A stretch of DNA of 64,000 nt from an uncultured Dehalococcoidia bacterium (GCA_950072105.1 CATMOE010000002.1:79778-143777); one strand, 5' to 3'; shown: positions 45,873 through 55,621, counted from the first letter of the stretch. Translations and numbers: made by a program. The notes: generated from the sequence alone by a model not told the origin.

Positions 45873-46753
45873 TTTCTTACATCCTCATGATTGGTTGATT
45901 CAGTGGTTTCGAAGGTAGTCTTCCGGCTGGGAACCTTGTCACAGGGGGACGACCACATCTCCGCCACGTCGATGGCGCGCATGAATTCTACGTTGGCGAA
46001 GGTGCGGATGTGGGTGATCAATTGCTCCAACATTTTCAGGCGTCCGGGACGGCCGATGTATTGGGGGTGCATGGTTAGGGTGAAGGCCCGGCCATAGTGA
46101 TATAGGCCCTCAAACTCGGCTGCCCAAGTTCCGTAGACTTCCTCCGGGTTGCGCATGGGGCCCAGCCGCCCCGCTGCCGGCGCGTAGACGAAATTTGGGG
46201 CGTCGTCCAAGAGCCAATGGATGGGAATCTCCACCAGGCTTTGGGGAGTGCCCGGATTGAGCATGTATGGCGCGTCATCGCCCATCAGACTGCTGTCGTA
46301 CAGGAAGCCGTGGGAGGCCAGCAGGTCCACCGAGCGCTCGCTCAACTCCCAACTAGGGGACCGGTAGCCTCGGGGGGCTTCTCCGGTGATGTCGCCAAGG
46401 ATGGAGCTGCCCTGGTGCAGCACCTCTTCTTCCTTCTCCGGCGTTAAAGAGGCTGGAGGTTCGTGCATGTACCCGTGGTGGGCGATCTCATGCCCCCGGC
46501 GGGAGATCTCTTTGACCATCTCAACGTGGGTTTCGGCGACATAGCCTGGAACGTAAAAGCTGGCCTTGATGGAGTGGCTGTCCAGCATGTCCAGGATACG
46601 GGGGGTTGCGACGCTGGGGCCGTATTCGGCCATGGACATCAGGCTGGGAAGCTGGGCGAAGTTGGGGTCGCGGTTCAACCACGAAGAGACGCCGTCGACG
46701 TCGAACCCCAACATCACCACGCATTGAATGTCTCCGGGCCAGATACCGGACAT
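45869..46753 (-). CDS. Polysaccharide deacetylase (CE4, PuuE/HpPgdA-like)
   Basis: GFDVD, EYG, HEIAHHGYMHE, GYRSP, YDSS, LTMHP. Confidence 0.9.
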   Translation of the reverse strand: MSGIWPGDIQCVVMLGFDVDGVSSWLNRDPNFAQLPSLMSMAEYGPSVATPRILDMLDSHSIKASFYVPGYVAETHVEMVKEISRRGHEIAHHGYMHEPPASLTPEKEEEVLHQGSSILGDITGEAPRGYRSPSWELSERSVDLLASHGFLYDSSLMGDDAPYMLNPGTPQSLVEIPIHWLLDDAPNFVYAPAAGRLGPMRNPEEVYGTWAAEFEGLYHYGRAFTLTMHPQYIGRPGRLKMLEQLITHIRTFANVEFMRAIDVAEMWSSPCDKVPSRKTTFETTESTNHEDVRN

Positions 46754-46778
46754 GTTGTTCCTCCCCGGTCTTGATTGA

Positions 46779-48056
46779 CTACTGGGGCGGGATGGTGTCG
46801 AAGCCGGTGTAGGGACGGAGGACCTCTGGAATCACCACCGTGCCATCCGCCTGCTGGTAGTTCTCCAAAATGGCGATCACCACCCGGGGCAGGGCCAGCC
46901 CGGAGCCATTTATGGTGTGAGGCAGTTGGGGACGGTCACCCTGGCCGGGCCGGTAGCGGATGTTGGCGCGCCGAGCTTGGAAATCGGTGCAATTGGAGCA
47001 AGAACTGACCTCCAGCCACTCCTGGCAGCCGGCGGCCCACACTTCTATGTCGTAGGTCTTGGCGGACTGAAACCCGATGTCCCCGGTGCAGAGTTGCAAT
47101 ACCCGGTAGGGCAATTCCAGTTTCTGGCACACGTCCTCGGCGTCGGCGAGCAGAGTTTCCAGTTCAGCTTCAGAGGTTTCCGGGGTGACGAACTTGTACA
47201 TCTCCACCTTGTTGAACTGGTGCACCCGCTTGATGCCCCTGGTGTCACGGCCGGCCGCCGCCCGCTCGTTGCGGAAACAGGGAGTTTGAGCCACGTAGCG
47301 GAGGGGCAGGCTATCCGGGGGAATAATCTCGTCCCGGTAAAGATTGGTGATGGGTACCTCGGCGGTGGGAATCATCCACAGGTCGGCTTCCTCGTCGTGG
47401 TACAAGAAATTGCTGAACTTGGGCAGATTCCCCGCCCCCTCCATCACCTCTCGCTTGACCACTGCGGGAACCATAACCTCGGTATAGCCGTGCTGCCGCG
47501 TGTGCAGATCCAGCATCCAGGCGATGAGGGAGCGTTCCAGCTTAGCGCCGGCGCCGAACATGGTGTAGAAGCGGCTGCCGGATATCTTCACTCCCCGCTC
47601 GAAGTCGATAAGCCCCAATCGCTCGCCCAACTCCCAGTGGGGCACCGGCGTGAAATCCAGAGTAGCCGGCTCGCCCCATTGGCGGATGATTACGTTGGAC
47701 TCTTCGTCCAGCCCTTTGGGAACGTCAGGAAGGGGTATGTTGGGCAGGCGCATCAAGATGGTACTGATCTGCTCCTCAAGCACGCCCGCGTCCTGCTCAA
47801 GCCGGCTGATCTGATCCCCGACTTGGCGCATCTCGGCAACGACGTCCGGCGGAGGTTCCTGACCGGCGCCACGGGCCTGGCCCACTTGGCGGCTAACCTG
47901 GTTACGCCGCGCCCTCAGATCGTCTGCTTCGGTGATAGCCTGCCGCCGGTTGGTGTCCAGCGTCAATAGCTCGCCTAAAGGGTCTTCCTCGCCTCTGGAT
48001 TCAAGGGCGCTCTTTACGAAGTCGGGGTCTCGGCGTATCAGCTCAATGGATAGCAT
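46779..48056 (-). CDS. serS: Serine--tRNA ligase
   Basis: SGSRF, IPTAEVP, FRNE..AGRDTRG..RVHQFNKVE, EVSSCSNCTDFQARR, NGSGLA. Confidence 0.98.
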   Translation of the reverse strand: MLSIELIRRDPDFVKSALESRGEEDPLGELLTLDTNRRQAITEADDLRARRNQVSRQVGQARGAGQEPPPDVVAEMRQVGDQISRLEQDAGVLEEQISTILMRLPNIPLPDVPKGLDEESNVIIRQWGEPATLDFTPVPHWELGERLGLIDFERGVKISGSRFYTMFGAGAKLERSLIAWMLDLHTRQHGYTEVMVPAVVKREVMEGAGNLPKFSNFLYHDEEADLWMIPTAEVPITNLYRDEIIPPDSLPLRYVAQTPCFRNERAAAGRDTRGIKRVHQFNKVEMYKFVTPETSEAELETLLADAEDVCQKLELPYRVLQLCTGDIGFQSAKTYDIEVWAAGCQEWLEVSSCSNCTDFQARRANIRYRPGQGDRPQLPHTINGSGLALPRVVIAILENYQQADGTVVIPEVLRPYTGFDTIPPQ

Positions 48057-48076
48057 ATTAGGTTTGCCGGAGACCG

Positions 48077-48136
48077 CCCTCGCCCCGGCCTGCGGCCACC
48101 CTTCTCACTGAGGGTGAGGGGACGGGGGTGAAGGGG
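48077..48136. repeat. REP-like palindromic element (CCCTCNCCCC...GGGTGAGGG type)
   Basis: C-rich/G-rich imperfect palindrome between lysS and serS. Confidence 0.55.
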
Positions 48137-48167
48137 AAACGCCTGCTTTCATCAGTCTTGCCGGATA

Positions 48168-49679
48168 TCATTCGGAATCATCCTTTTGTCCTGATTGGAT
48201 TGTCCGCATCTGAGGGAACAGGATCACGTCTCTGATAGATGTTTGGCCGGCCAATAGCATGACCAGCCGGTCGATGCCAATGCCCAGGCCGCCGGTGGGG
48301 GGCATGCCGTATTCCAGTGCCACTAGAAAGTCCTCGTCTAAGCGGTCTGTTTCATCATCGCCTAATAAGAGCCGAAGCGATTCTTGATCCTCAAATCGGT
48401 CCCGCTGTACCTGCGGGTCGTTCAGTTCGGTATATGAGTTGGCGATCTCCATGCCGGCGGCAAAGCCCTCGAACCGCTCCACGTAGCCGGGAGTCCCTGG
48501 CTTGGCTTTGGCCAATGGAGACATGACCTCTGGGTAGTCCAGCATAAATGTGGGTTGCACCAGATGGGGTTCTACAAAGGTCGAGAATAGCTTGTCGATC
48601 ACCTTGCCGCGGCTGTCCTTGGGTTCAATATCCAAGCCCAGTTCGGCGGCCCGCTGTTTAAGCGACGCGTCATCGTTAAAGTCATCGATGTCGATGCCGC
48701 TTCGGTCCTTTAACTCTTGCCTAAAATCGAGCTGCTTCCAAGGGGGCGTGAAGTCTATCAGATGGTCTCCGTATTGGACTTGGTTGGTGCCCAAGACATC
48801 GAACGCCACGGTTGAAACCAGGGATTCAACCATAGCCATAACATCGTTGTAGTCGGCGTAGGCCTGGTAGCTCTCCAGTAGGGTGAATTCCGGGTTGTGG
48901 TCTTGGTCGATGCCCTCGTTGCGAAAAACGCGACCAATCTCGAATACCCGGTCGAACCCGCCGATGATCAGCCGTTTTAGATATAGCTCGGTGGCGATGC
49001 GCAGGTAAAGCTGTTGGTCCAGAGTGTTGTGGTGGGTGATGAAAGGGCGGGCGTGGGCGCCTCCTGCAACCGGCACCAGAATAGGCGTGTCAACTTCCAG
49101 AAACCCTTGGCTTTGGAAGAAAGCCCTGATCCGCTCGATGATCCGGCTGCGCATGGCGAAGACGGGCATGATTTCGGGATTGGCGATCAGGTCCAGGTAC
49201 CGCTGCCGGTACCTGGTTTCCACGTCCCTTAAGCCGTGGAATTTCTCCGGAAGCGGCCGCATGCCCTTGGAAGTTATGGTTAGTTGATGGGCCTCGATCG
49301 TGATCTGGCCGGTTCGGGTGCGTATGACCGGACCGTATACCCCCAAGTGGTCGCCCAGATCCAGGTCCTTGAGCAGTTCGTAGGCTTCGCCAAGCACGTT
49401 CTGCCTGAGCAATGCTTGGATAGTGCCGGAACTGTCCCGAAGGTCCAGAAAGGCCGCCCGTCCCATGACGCGCATGGAAATGATTCGGCCGCCCAATGAG
49501 ACGCTGGTGGTGGTGGATTCGGGCGGGTCACCGCTCTCCACGGCTTCGAACATGGCAGTAGCGGCGGCGTTGTCGCAGGTCCGGACGAAACGTGGCGGGT
49601 AGGGGTCGATTCCACTCTGGCGGAGGTGGTCGAGTTTGCTGAACCGGCTGGCCAGCAGGCCTTCTTCTCGGTCGGGCAT
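48168..49679 (-). CDS. lysS: Lysine--tRNA ligase (class II)
   Basis: PLPEKFHGL, RYRQRYLDL, LRIATELYLKRL, FRNEG, HNPEFT, GMPPTGGLGIGIDRL. Confidence 0.98.
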   Translation of the reverse strand: MPDREEGLLASRFSKLDHLRQSGIDPYPPRFVRTCDNAAATAMFEAVESGDPPESTTTSVSLGGRIISMRVMGRAAFLDLRDSSGTIQALLRQNVLGEAYELLKDLDLGDHLGVYGPVIRTRTGQITIEAHQLTITSKGMRPLPEKFHGLRDVETRYRQRYLDLIANPEIMPVFAMRSRIIERIRAFFQSQGFLEVDTPILVPVAGGAHARPFITHHNTLDQQLYLRIATELYLKRLIIGGFDRVFEIGRVFRNEGIDQDHNPEFTLLESYQAYADYNDVMAMVESLVSTVAFDVLGTNQVQYGDHLIDFTPPWKQLDFRQELKDRSGIDIDDFNDDASLKQRAAELGLDIEPKDSRGKVIDKLFSTFVEPHLVQPTFMLDYPEVMSPLAKAKPGTPGYVERFEGFAAGMEIANSYTELNDPQVQRDRFEDQESLRLLLGDDETDRLDEDFLVALEYGMPPTGGLGIGIDRLVMLLAGQTSIRDVILFPQMRTIQSGQKDDSE

Positions 49680-49705
49680 ATCAATCGTTGGAGGCTATTT
49701 GTGGA

Positions 49706-50062
49706 TTATTCAATTGCCAATACTTCGAGCCTGATTTCGCCCGACGGGGCGTTGACCTTGGCTACGTCGCCGACCCGTTTTCCTAACAGGCTTTGGCCGA
49801 TGAGAGAAACGTTGGATATCGTTCCTCGGGAGGGATCGGCTTCGGCGCTGCCGACGATGGTGTATCTGAAGGACCGTCCGTCTTGGTCCATTACGGCGAT
49901 GGTGGTTCCGACCTCGAGCGTGGCCCGGCCGCCCTGGGTTTCTTCGATGATGACGGCATTGTTAATCATGTTGTCTAGGGTAAGGATGCGCCCTTCGGTG
50001 AAGGCCAGCTCGTTCTTCAAGTTTTCCAGCCCTTCCCGAGACAAGTAGCTGGGCTGTGCCAT
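49706..50062 (-). CDS. greA: Transcription elongation factor GreA, 118 aa, lacking the coiled-coil tip
   Basis: YLSREGLENLKNELAFTEGRI...YTIVGSAEADPSRGTISNVSLIGQSLLGKRVGD; immediately upstream of lysS; the GDLSENAEY segment is absent. Confidence 0.8.
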   Translation of the reverse strand: MAQPSYLSREGLENLKNELAFTEGRILTLDNMINNAVIIEETQGGRATLEVGTTIAVMDQDGRSFRYTIVGSAEADPSRGTISNVSLIGQSLLGKRVGDVAKVNAPSGEIRLEVLAIE

Positions 50063-50527
50063 GATTGCATCCCCCGGCCAAAGGGGGAAAAACAATGTGG
50101 GAGAGAAGGCCGGGTCGGCGCTCTCATCCCGAAGCCGATTGTAGTCTCCAGCAAAGGCGTTGTAAAGCATGCCCGGCCGAGGCGATAGGACGTGGTGGAA
50201 TCAAAGGATGGACGGGGCAGGCCGCCGCAAGGGTGAGGCTCATGAATTGACAATGTTTATAGCCGTCATTAGGATTCTTTATATGGCAACCAACTCCGTC
50301 AACGTCTTTATACCGCCGGGCGCCGGCTTTACGTGAGTCCAGACCTGTGGGGCCTGGACCGTTCAGCGGTCCCACCGGGCGCGTTTCGTCTAACCAAGCT
50401 ACTGCTTCTTTCGCCGCGATCTGCTGCCGTCCTTGCCCCCAGGTAAGCCGTTGGACTACCACAACACTCCTTGGATGCGTCTTTGGTATTCCACGTGGTT
50501 TTCCCAAGCAAGTTCGACAGAAGGTAA

Positions 50528-51427
50528 TTGTTGCTCATATCCAGACGATATTTCAGAGCTACTTTGGTGTCCTTTTTCCTGCTGGCTATGGCGGCTACGG
50601 CCTGCACCGGAAATCAGGAACAGTTGGTTTTGAAAGTCGGGGGCATCCCCGACCAAGATACGTCTCGCCTGGCGCGAAGGTACCAGGTATTTTCGGATTA
50701 CTTATCCCGGCAACTTGGAGTGCCGGTTAAGTACACCCCAAGCGTGGACTATGCCGCGGTAGTCACGGCTTTTACCCAAGGCGAGATTGACCTGGCCTTC
50801 TTCGGTGGATTGACCGGGGTGCAGGCGCGGCTGCAAAACCCCGGAGCTCGTGTTATCGCCCAAAGGGAAAACGATAACCGGTTCCACTCCAAGTTCATCG
50901 TCCGCTACGGGCTATCCATAGACTCGTTGGCCGGCCTTAAAGAGCAGGCTAAAGAGTTGACCATTACTTTCGGCAGCGAAAGCTCCACCTCCGGGCACTT
51001 GATGCCCCGGTATTTCCTGATCCAGGCGGGGATAGACCCGGATCGAGATTTCCGGTCCCTACCCAACTTCTCCGGTTCCCACGATCTGACCTGGCATCTG
51101 GTATCCAGCGGCTCGTTCGACGTGGGAGTTCTGAATGAAGATGTTTGGGGCCGGGCGGTTCGGGACGGGAAGGTCGACGCCGGTAAAGTTCGGGTTTTCT
51201 ATACGACTCCGGAATATTTCGATTACAGCTGGACAGTTAGTGCGGAGTTGGAACGGATCTACGGAGAAGGGTTTGCCGATAAGCTTCGCGCCGCCCTTCT
51301 GGCGCTGAACCCGCAAGAGCATGGCGAGATCTTGGACCTATTCAACACCCGGCGATTTATCGAGAGCAACAACGCCAACTACGGGGAGATCGAGGCGGTG
51401 GCCCGGAATCTAGGAATCGTCCGATGA
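50528..51427 (+). CDS. PhnD-family ABC substrate-binding lipoprotein, putative selenate-transporter type
   Basis: Lipobox ATAC; IPDQD, FGGLTGVQAR, FGSESSTSGHLMP, FSGSHD, TPEYFDYSW. Confidence 0.8.
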   Translation: MLLISRRYFRATLVSFFLLAMAATACTGNQEQLVLKVGGIPDQDTSRLARRYQVFSDYLSRQLGVPVKYTPSVDYAAVVTAFTQGEIDLAFFGGLTGVQARLQNPGARVIAQRENDNRFHSKFIVRYGLSIDSLAGLKEQAKELTITFGSESSTSGHLMPRYFLIQAGIDPDRDFRSLPNFSGSHDLTWHLVSSGSFDVGVLNEDVWGRAVRDGKVDAGKVRVFYTTPEYFDYSWTVSAELERIYGEGFADKLRAALLALNPQEHGEILDLFNTRRFIESNNANYGEIEAVARNLGIVR

Positions 51428-52215
51428 GCATGAAAAAATCTGACGCGAATCATTTGTTAGTGGCCACCGGAATCTCCAAGAGTTTTGGGCGAGTCCAAGC
51501 CCTGGCTCCGTTGAGTTTGACGATATCCCAAGGGGAGCGGGTGGCCTTGGCCGGTCCGAGCGGTAGCGGCAAGACCACCCTGCTGTACCTGCTGGCCGGC
51601 ATCATCCAGCCCGATGCCGGGGAGCTGCTCCTGGCGGGACAAGACCTGGCGCGCCAGCGGCCGGGTAAAGAGAAAGCAGGCCTGGTGGGCCTGATACACC
51701 AGCAATACGACCTAGTGCCACATCTCTCGGTGGTGCACAACGTTCTGGCTGGGCGGTTGGGCCAGTGGAGCTTGTTCCGATCGATGATTTCCCTAGTTTG
51801 GCCCCAAGACCGCCAAGTGGCGGAAGAAGCCCTGGCCCAGATGGGTATCGCCGACAAGATTCACGAGCGAACGTCCCACCTTTCCGGGGGCGAACAGCAG
51901 CGGGTGGCCATCGCCCGGCTGATGGTCCAGGGGTCGCGCGTTATCCTGGCCGATGAGCCGGTTTCCTCGCTGGACCCGGTCCGGGCAGATGACATATTGG
52001 AGATTTTGACGGCTTTGGCCGGTGGCTCCGGCAAGACCCTTATCGCCAGTATCCACTCGCCCAGTTTGATGCGCAAACACTTTACCCGGGTCATTGGTCT
52101 GCGGGAAGGACGGCTGGAGTTTGACGTCCCGGCGGCGGAGGTAACGGACCGGGCATTGGAACGGCTCTACGATCTGGACCAGTCGGAAGCGGCTGTATGG
52201 GGAGGCGGGAACTGA
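51424..52215 (+). CDS. PhnC-like ABC ATPase
   Basis: GPSGSGKT, NVLAGRLG, LSGGEQQRVAIAR, ILADEPVSSLDP. Confidence 0.9.
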   Translation: MSMKKSDANHLLVATGISKSFGRVQALAPLSLTISQGERVALAGPSGSGKTTLLYLLAGIIQPDAGELLLAGQDLARQRPGKEKAGLVGLIHQQYDLVPHLSVVHNVLAGRLGQWSLFRSMISLVWPQDRQVAEEALAQMGIADKIHERTSHLSGGEQQRVAIARLMVQGSRVILADEPVSSLDPVRADDILEILTALAGGSGKTLIASIHSPSLMRKHFTRVIGLREGRLEFDVPAAEVTDRALERLYDLDQSEAAVWGGGN

Positions 52216-52994
52216 AACTCCTGGAAAGCCGCCGGCTGTTGACCCTGTTGCTGGCCGGGGTCTTTCTGTGGAGCCTATCCACCGTCGATTGGCGGGGGCC
52301 GCTGATCCATACAGGCGGACTTGGCGCGTTCTTGGATTTTCTCGCTTCTCTCTTTCCTCCAGAGCTGTCTCCCGGGTTTCTTGGGCTGGCTCTGTCCGCC
52401 AGTTGGAAAACCTTAGCTTACGCCGTGGCGGGAATCACTTTGGCGGTGCTCATTGGATTTCCTTTGGGTGTGATTGCCTCTGGGTCCGTGTCTGGCTCGC
52501 CCAGAATGGGCTTGGGACTGGCGGTGGCGGTGCGGTTGATCCTGGCGGCCATGCGCTCGATACATGAACTGGTTTGGGCGGTATTGTTCGTCGCCGCCTT
52601 TGGGTTGTCGTCAATGACAGTGATACTGGCCTTGGCATTGCCCTATGGGGGCATACTTGGGCGGATCTACGGGGAGTTGTTCAACCAAGTGCCGGAGGGA
52701 CCGTTGCGCGCCCTCCGGGCGTCCGGGGCCTCCCCTTTCCGGGTGCTTCTGTACGGACGGCTGCCCATGGCTTTGCCAGATATGCTGGGCTACACCTTTT
52801 ACCGCTTGGAGTGCGCCATCCGGTCGGCGGCAATCATGAGCTTTGTCGGCATACGGGGTCTGGGCTACGAGATACAGCTATCCCTGCACGACCTGCTGTT
52901 CGACGAGGTGTGGACGCTACTTTTGTTCATGGTGGGGATGGTGGTGTTGGTCGATATGTGGAGCAGTCGGGTGCGGCGGAGTTTGGTGTCTTGA
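52197..52994 (+). CDS. PhnE-like ABC permease
   Basis: RSIHELVWA, GILGRIYGE, ALRASGAS, YRLECAIRS. Confidence 0.88.
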   Translation: MGRRELKLLESRRLLTLLLAGVFLWSLSTVDWRGPLIHTGGLGAFLDFLASLFPPELSPGFLGLALSASWKTLAYAVAGITLAVLIGFPLGVIASGSVSGSPRMGLGLAVAVRLILAAMRSIHELVWAVLFVAAFGLSSMTVILALALPYGGILGRIYGELFNQVPEGPLRALRASGASPFRVLLYGRLPMALPDMLGYTFYRLECAIRSAAIMSFVGIRGLGYEIQLSLHDLLFDEVWTLLLFMVGMVVLVDMWSSRVRRSLVS

Positions 52995-53875
52995 TGGGAA
53001 ACGCCCCAGCGTTCCGCCTCTTCAGAGGCCGACGGCGCCCGATGACCTTTGTCCGTGCCTCCCTGTACGGGTTCGTAGTCCTGGCGTTTGTGTCCTGGGG
53101 TTACATCTTGGTGGTTACCGATAGCGGAGCGGCCGACTTAGTTTCGGCCAAGACTTGGAGCAACGCGGGCAATTTTATCCGGCAGTTGATCGGCGTTGAC
53201 TCGCCAACCCAGCCTGCCTATTTGGTAGTTGACCGCTGGTTGGTCACGGGGAGACTTGCCCTGGATACTCTGGCGATGAGCGTTCTGGCAATCGTTCTGA
53301 CCGGCGTCGCCGTGCTGCCGACATTCTTGCCCGGGGCCCGCAACGTCAGCAACGGCGACTTGGGCGGCGCACCATCCCGGTTGGGGACCCTTTTCTACCA
53401 TGTATTGCGTCTGGCCTTCACCCTGACACGGGCAGTGCCGGAACTGGTGTGGGCCATGGTGATCGTCTTTTTTCTATCGCCGGGCATCGTGCCGGGGGCC
53501 GTGGCCTTGGCGGTGCATAACTACGGAGTGGTTGGACGCCTTTCGGCGGAAGTGGTGGAAAACCTGGACCCCGGTCCCGCCAAGGCGCTTCGGTCCGCCG
53601 GGGCCAGCAACCTTCAGATGCTGATCTACAGCATCTTCCCCCAAGCCCTCCCGCACTTCCTCACCTACCTGCTTTACCGATGGGAGGTAATCATACGGAC
53701 CACTGTGGTGGTGGGCTTTGTCAGCGCCGGAGGGTTGGGCCGGGAGTTTCGGTTAAGCCTAAGCTTCTTTCACTACACCGACCTGGCGTTGTTAATCATG
53801 TGGTACCTGATCTTGGTGATCGCCGTTGACCTGTTGAGCGCATGGCTCAGAAGGCTGGTGACCGGGAAGGGGTAA
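52994..53875 (+). CDS. Second PhnE-like ABC permease
   Basis: TGATG coupling at 52992-52996; RAVPELVWA, GRLSAEVVE, YRWEVIIR, GFVSAGGLG. Confidence 0.88.
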   Translation: MGNAPAFRLFRGRRRPMTFVRASLYGFVVLAFVSWGYILVVTDSGAADLVSAKTWSNAGNFIRQLIGVDSPTQPAYLVVDRWLVTGRLALDTLAMSVLAIVLTGVAVLPTFLPGARNVSNGDLGGAPSRLGTLFYHVLRLAFTLTRAVPELVWAMVIVFFLSPGIVPGAVALAVHNYGVVGRLSAEVVENLDPGPAKALRSAGASNLQMLIYSIFPQALPHFLTYLLYRWEVIIRTTVVVGFVSAGGLGREFRLSLSFFHYTDLALLIMWYLILVIAVDLLSAWLRRLVTGKG

Positions 53876-53927
53876 AAGGCGCAATCCGTCGATGGATTGT
53901 TGACGATGTGTGTGACCATCAACGCGG

Positions 53928-53956
53928 GTAGGGGCGGGTTTAAAACCCGCCCCTAC
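53928..53956. repeat. GTAG-type REP palindrome; likely bidirectional terminator
   Basis: GTAGGGGCGGGTTTAAAACCCGCCCCTAC between convergent genes. Confidence 0.85.
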
Positions 53957-54001
53957 ATTCAGAGCAAACGTTCGCGATTGGTCGGGGGAGGCGTGGCAGA
54001 C

Positions 54002-54769
54002 TTACATCTGCACGTTGTAGACCACTTGGACTACCTTACCGTCCCGGAGCGCTTCGAAGTAGGGTTGGGGCGACGACGGGTTTTGGAGCCACCGCCGGGC
54101 AAAGTAGGCGCACATATTGGCCAGTTGCGTGCCCACTGAGTGTTCCGAGCCGACGTAGCAGAAGTTGGCCAATACGGCCGTTGAATCCATGCCATCGTCG
54201 GACTTAAGGAATTGAGTCATGAACCGGGGTTCCACGGACCTGCCGTCACCGGCGACCACCATGGCGAAGTCGGCGACGGGCCATTGGGACTCCATCAACT
54301 GGTCGCTATTTAAACCGGACATGTTCAGTTCGTCGACGAACATATTCAAGGCGAAAAGGAACCGGCCCATGGTGATCTCCGAGGGACTTTCCCACACCAT
54401 GTTGGGGTCGTCCCCATTACTGCGAGACTTGGCGAACGTCTCCTTGTCGACATAGGCGGTTATCAAAGGGGTTTCCCGCCGGATCAGGATGCTCAGACAG
54501 TCCTGAATAAGTTCGTGTCTTTTCTGGACAGGCCAGGATGTGAAGTCGCCGCGCCCTTGGAAGATGTCGCTGGGGCGAAGTTCCTTGGGGGTCCCGGCTT
54601 CGCCAAGAGGCCGCCCGAAGTGACGCCGGCAGAGGGCGTTGAACTCACCGTTGATGGATATAGATTGAGACTCGTGAATCAGCAGGCCGACATGGACGTG
54701 GTGCGGCTGATTCGAGTCGGCGACACTTACGCCGGTATTACCGGATTCGCCAAGGTACACCAGGTACAT
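54002..54769 (-). CDS. DUF3800-family (RNase H-like) protein, probably catalytically inactive
   Basis: MYLVYLGESGNTG and GTQLANMCAY match the family's YxDESG and QLADxxAy motifs with D->G and D->N. Confidence 0.7.
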   Translation of the reverse strand: MYLVYLGESGNTGVSVADSNQPHHVHVGLLIHESQSISINGEFNALCRRHFGRPLGEAGTPKELRPSDIFQGRGDFTSWPVQKRHELIQDCLSILIRRETPLITAYVDKETFAKSRSNGDDPNMVWESPSEITMGRFLFALNMFVDELNMSGLNSDQLMESQWPVADFAMVVAGDGRSVEPRFMTQFLKSDDGMDSTAVLANFCYVGSEHSVGTQLANMCAYFARRWLQNPSSPQPYFEALRDGKVVQVVYNVQM

Positions 54770-54809
54770 GGAGCGGCCTCCGAACCGTGGTTGATTGTTG
54801 CGGCTTCTA

Positions 54810-55451
54810 TTAGGCCTCGGGTTCGTCCTCGGATTCCGTGGAGGCGTCCGCGCCTTCATCTTCGGCAAAGACCTCTTCCTCTACCGCTCGGAGGACCTCG
54901 ATTCTTACTACCACGTCCTCAGGATCAGTCAAAAGAGTCACATTGCCGGGTATCACTATGTCGGCGGCCCGGAGCACTCCGTCCGGTTCGGTCAACATTG
55001 TCAGGTCCAATTCAAGCTCTCTAGGGACTTCCAGCGGCAACGCTTCCACGTTCAGATCGCGGAGTTGCTGCATCACTGTGCCGCCGGCCGTTCGAGCGCC
55101 CGGCGATTCTCCGATCAAGGTGATGGGCACCTGGGCCGAGACTGGCCGAGACGCATCCACCGCCAGGAAATCGACATGGAGGATGTCATCGCGCCTGGGA
55201 TCCCACTGTATCTCCCTAGCAAAGGCCAGGTGGGTCTCCTGGCCACCCTGAACAGTGACCGTAACCGCCGTGTTTCCGCCGGCCCTAACCAGTACGTCAA
55301 CCAGCTTCGTGGTCTCGCATTGCAGTGGTTGAGGATCTACTCCCGGTCCGTACAAGTGTACTGGAATCACACCTTGTTGGCGCAACCGCTTTACTTTCTT
55401 GCCCAGAACCTCCCTGGGGGATAACTCCAGACTGATTGACGCGGTGGTCAT
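54810..55451 (-). CDS. rplY: 50S ribosomal protein L25 (Ctc type)
   Basis: REVLGKKVKRLRQQGVIP..YG, EIQWDP..ILHVDF, VPITLIGE, acidic tail. Confidence 0.95.
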   Translation of the reverse strand: MTTASISLELSPREVLGKKVKRLRQQGVIPVHLYGPGVDPQPLQCETTKLVDVLVRAGGNTAVTVTVQGGQETHLAFAREIQWDPRRDDILHVDFLAVDASRPVSAQVPITLIGESPGARTAGGTVMQQLRDLNVEALPLEVPRELELDLTMLTEPDGVLRAADIVIPGNVTLLTDPEDVVVRIEVLRAVEEEVFAEDEGADASTESEDEPEA

Positions 55452-55621
55452 AGCGGTTGCTTCTCCTATTCGGGTCTATTTTGGCGGTCGAAACGGGCCT
55501 ATCCAACGGACGGGGGAGCGTTGACCGGCCGCTCTATGATAGCACCCGCAGTGCGCCAATGGAAATAATTTTCTTGACACGAAAGGTATTATGAGTGTGA
55601 CTTTTGTTGGGAGGTTGTCTA

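Noticed and set aside
46917..47969. 350-aa plus-strand ORF
   Set aside because: Antisense to serS.
50124..50507. 127-aa ORF or structured RNA upstream of greA
   Set aside because: No recognisable protein or RNA motif; the region holds divergent promoters and several overlapping spurious ORFs.
50528..53875. Phosphonate utilisation (phn) operon
   Set aside because: No C-P lyase or phosphite dehydrogenase genes are adjacent, and the binding-protein motifs fit another subfamily better.
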